Shown here in pieces: positions 63,015 to 64,000 of a DNA stretch of 64,000 bases. Positions within the stretch are counted from its first letter, which is position 1; each line of letters starts with the position of its first letter. Both the position numbers and the translations under genes were made by a program. The DNA comes from Gammaproteobacteria bacterium (GTDB taxonomy: Bacteria > Pseudomonadota > Gammaproteobacteria > UBA4575). The notes beneath the pieces are model-generated. The model worked only from the letters and a program-made list of their open reading frames with translations, was not told the DNA's origin and did not search any database. The stretch is from NCBI GenBank assembly GCA_028279275.1, contig JANQOB010000012.1, positions 20,203-84,202 of the forward strand, in the 5' to 3' direction.

Positions 63015-63039
63015 ATACCTGAGTAATTTGCTAGGTTAT
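63015..63039 (+). promoter_or_regulatory. Probable IscR operator overlapping a TATAAT -10 box
   Basis: ATACCTGAGTAATTTGCTAGGTTAT, a 25-nt pseudo-palindrome resembling the type 1 IscR site, upstream of iscR. Confidence 0.6.
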
Positions 63040-63093
63040 TGGTTATACTCATACACCTGATATTTAAGCTAATTCTGATTAAGGCGGCAGACT

Positions 63094-63552
63094 ATGAAAC
63101 TGAGTACTAAAGGGCGATATGCAGTAACAGCAATGTTTGATATTGCGTTACATCACCAAGCCGGTCCGGTGGCGTTATCAGATATAGCTGATCGACAAGG
63201 TATTTCATTGTCGTATTTGGAGCAACTGTTTACTCGATTACGCAAACAAGGTTTGGTTAAGAGCACACGCGGTCCGGGTGGTGGTTACTCACTTGCAGTT
63301 GATTCAGAACAAATTGCAATTGCGGATGTGATTGATGCAGTAAATGAAAATGTTGATGCAACACGGTGCGGCGGCAAAGCTGATTGTCAAAATCATCAGC
63401 GATGCTTAACACATGACTTATGGGAAAATTTGAGTGATGAGATTAGAAATTATCTTTCGAGCATTAGTCTTGCGCAGGCCGTAAGCGATTTAAATGTTCG
63501 CAAAGTAGCGAATCGACAAGATCATCAAGTGCATCCTGTTGAATTCAGTTAG
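63094..63552 (+). CDS. iscR: Fe-S cluster regulator IscR
   Basis: [31 protein letters not shown]-x5-C-x5-C-LTH. Confidence 0.96.
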   Translation: MKLSTKGRYAVTAMFDIALHHQAGPVALSDIADRQGISLSYLEQLFTRLRKQGLVKSTRGPGGGYSLAVDSEQIAIADVIDAVNENVDATRCGGKADCQNHQRCLTHDLWENLSDEIRNYLSSISLAQAVSDLNVRKVANRQDHQVHPVEFS

Positions 63553-63601
63553 GTCGAGATTACTTAAGAGAATTTTTATTAAAGGTAAAGGTAAAGTAAA
63601 A

Positions 63602-64000
63602 GTGAAAGAATTAAAAGTACCCATCTATTTAGATTACAGTGCGACTACGCCAGTCGATGAGCGTGTGGCGCAAGCTATGATGGATTGTTTAACTAAAGAG
63701 GGTAATTATGGTAACCCAGCATCGCGCAGTCATAGTTTTGGTTGGAATGCAGATAAAGCAGTAGAAGAAGCACGCGCGAACGTTGCTGAATTAATCAATG
63801 CGAATCCTAAAGAAATTATTTGGACCAGTGGTGCTACAGAATCAAATAACTTAGCTATCAAGGGTGCTGCTCACTTTTATCAAAAAAATGGTAAACACCT
63901 TATAACCTGTAAAACGGAACATAAGGCTGTTTTAGACACATGTCGCCAACTTGAACGCGAAGGATTTGAAGTTACCTATTTAGAACCGCGTGATAATGGT
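63602..64000 (+). CDS. iscS: Cysteine desulfurase IscS, 3'-truncated by the window edge (not in the ORF track)
   Basis: GTG start; [45 protein letters not shown]. Confidence 0.96.
   Translation, partial: MKELKVPIYLDYSATTPVDERVAQAMMDCLTKEGNYGNPASRSHSFGWNADKAVEEARANVAELINANPKEIIWTSGATESNNLAIKGAAHFYQKNGKHLITCKTEHKAVLDTCRQLEREGFEVTYLEPRDNG

Noticed and set aside
62944-63093. Absence of cysE between trmJ and iscR as a novelty
   Set aside because: Direct trmJ-iscR adjacency is a common arrangement.

Overview
Chromosomal core region of an AT-rich gammaproteobacterium. Recognisable clusters are ffh-rpsP-rimM-trmD-rplS, htpG, pcnB-folK-dNK-panBC, pgi, queG/nnr-tsaE-amiB...mutL-miaA-hfq-hflXKC-hisZ-purA, rnr-rlmB-rpsF-rpsR-rplI-dnaB-alr-fadD, ispG, tRNA-Arg(CCT) and tRNA-Leu(CAA), queA-tgt-yajC-secDF, suhB and trmJ-iscR-iscS. 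I see no integrase, transposase, phage gene or CRISPR array. The less ordinary signals are as follows. (1) Three proteins, two with an FHA domain, share a nearly gapless ~38-aa [ED]RR-rich module, a candidate c-di-GMP receptor; a DUF5658-like protein carries half of it and a GGDEF/degenerate-EAL protein lies nearby. (2) A ~1.2-kb insert after amiB has single genes separated by degenerate 24-nt hairpins and is bracketed by inverted REP-like hairpins. (3) There are three ~115-120 bp palindromic intergenic elements with compensatory changes. (4) A tRNA-linked ~45-bp repeat family sits next to a duplicated tRNA 3' end. (5) Two small ORFs are missing from the ORF track. (6) DnaB has an acidic tail with periodic Phe residues. 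All calls come from reading the sequence and translations by eye; no database searches were run.
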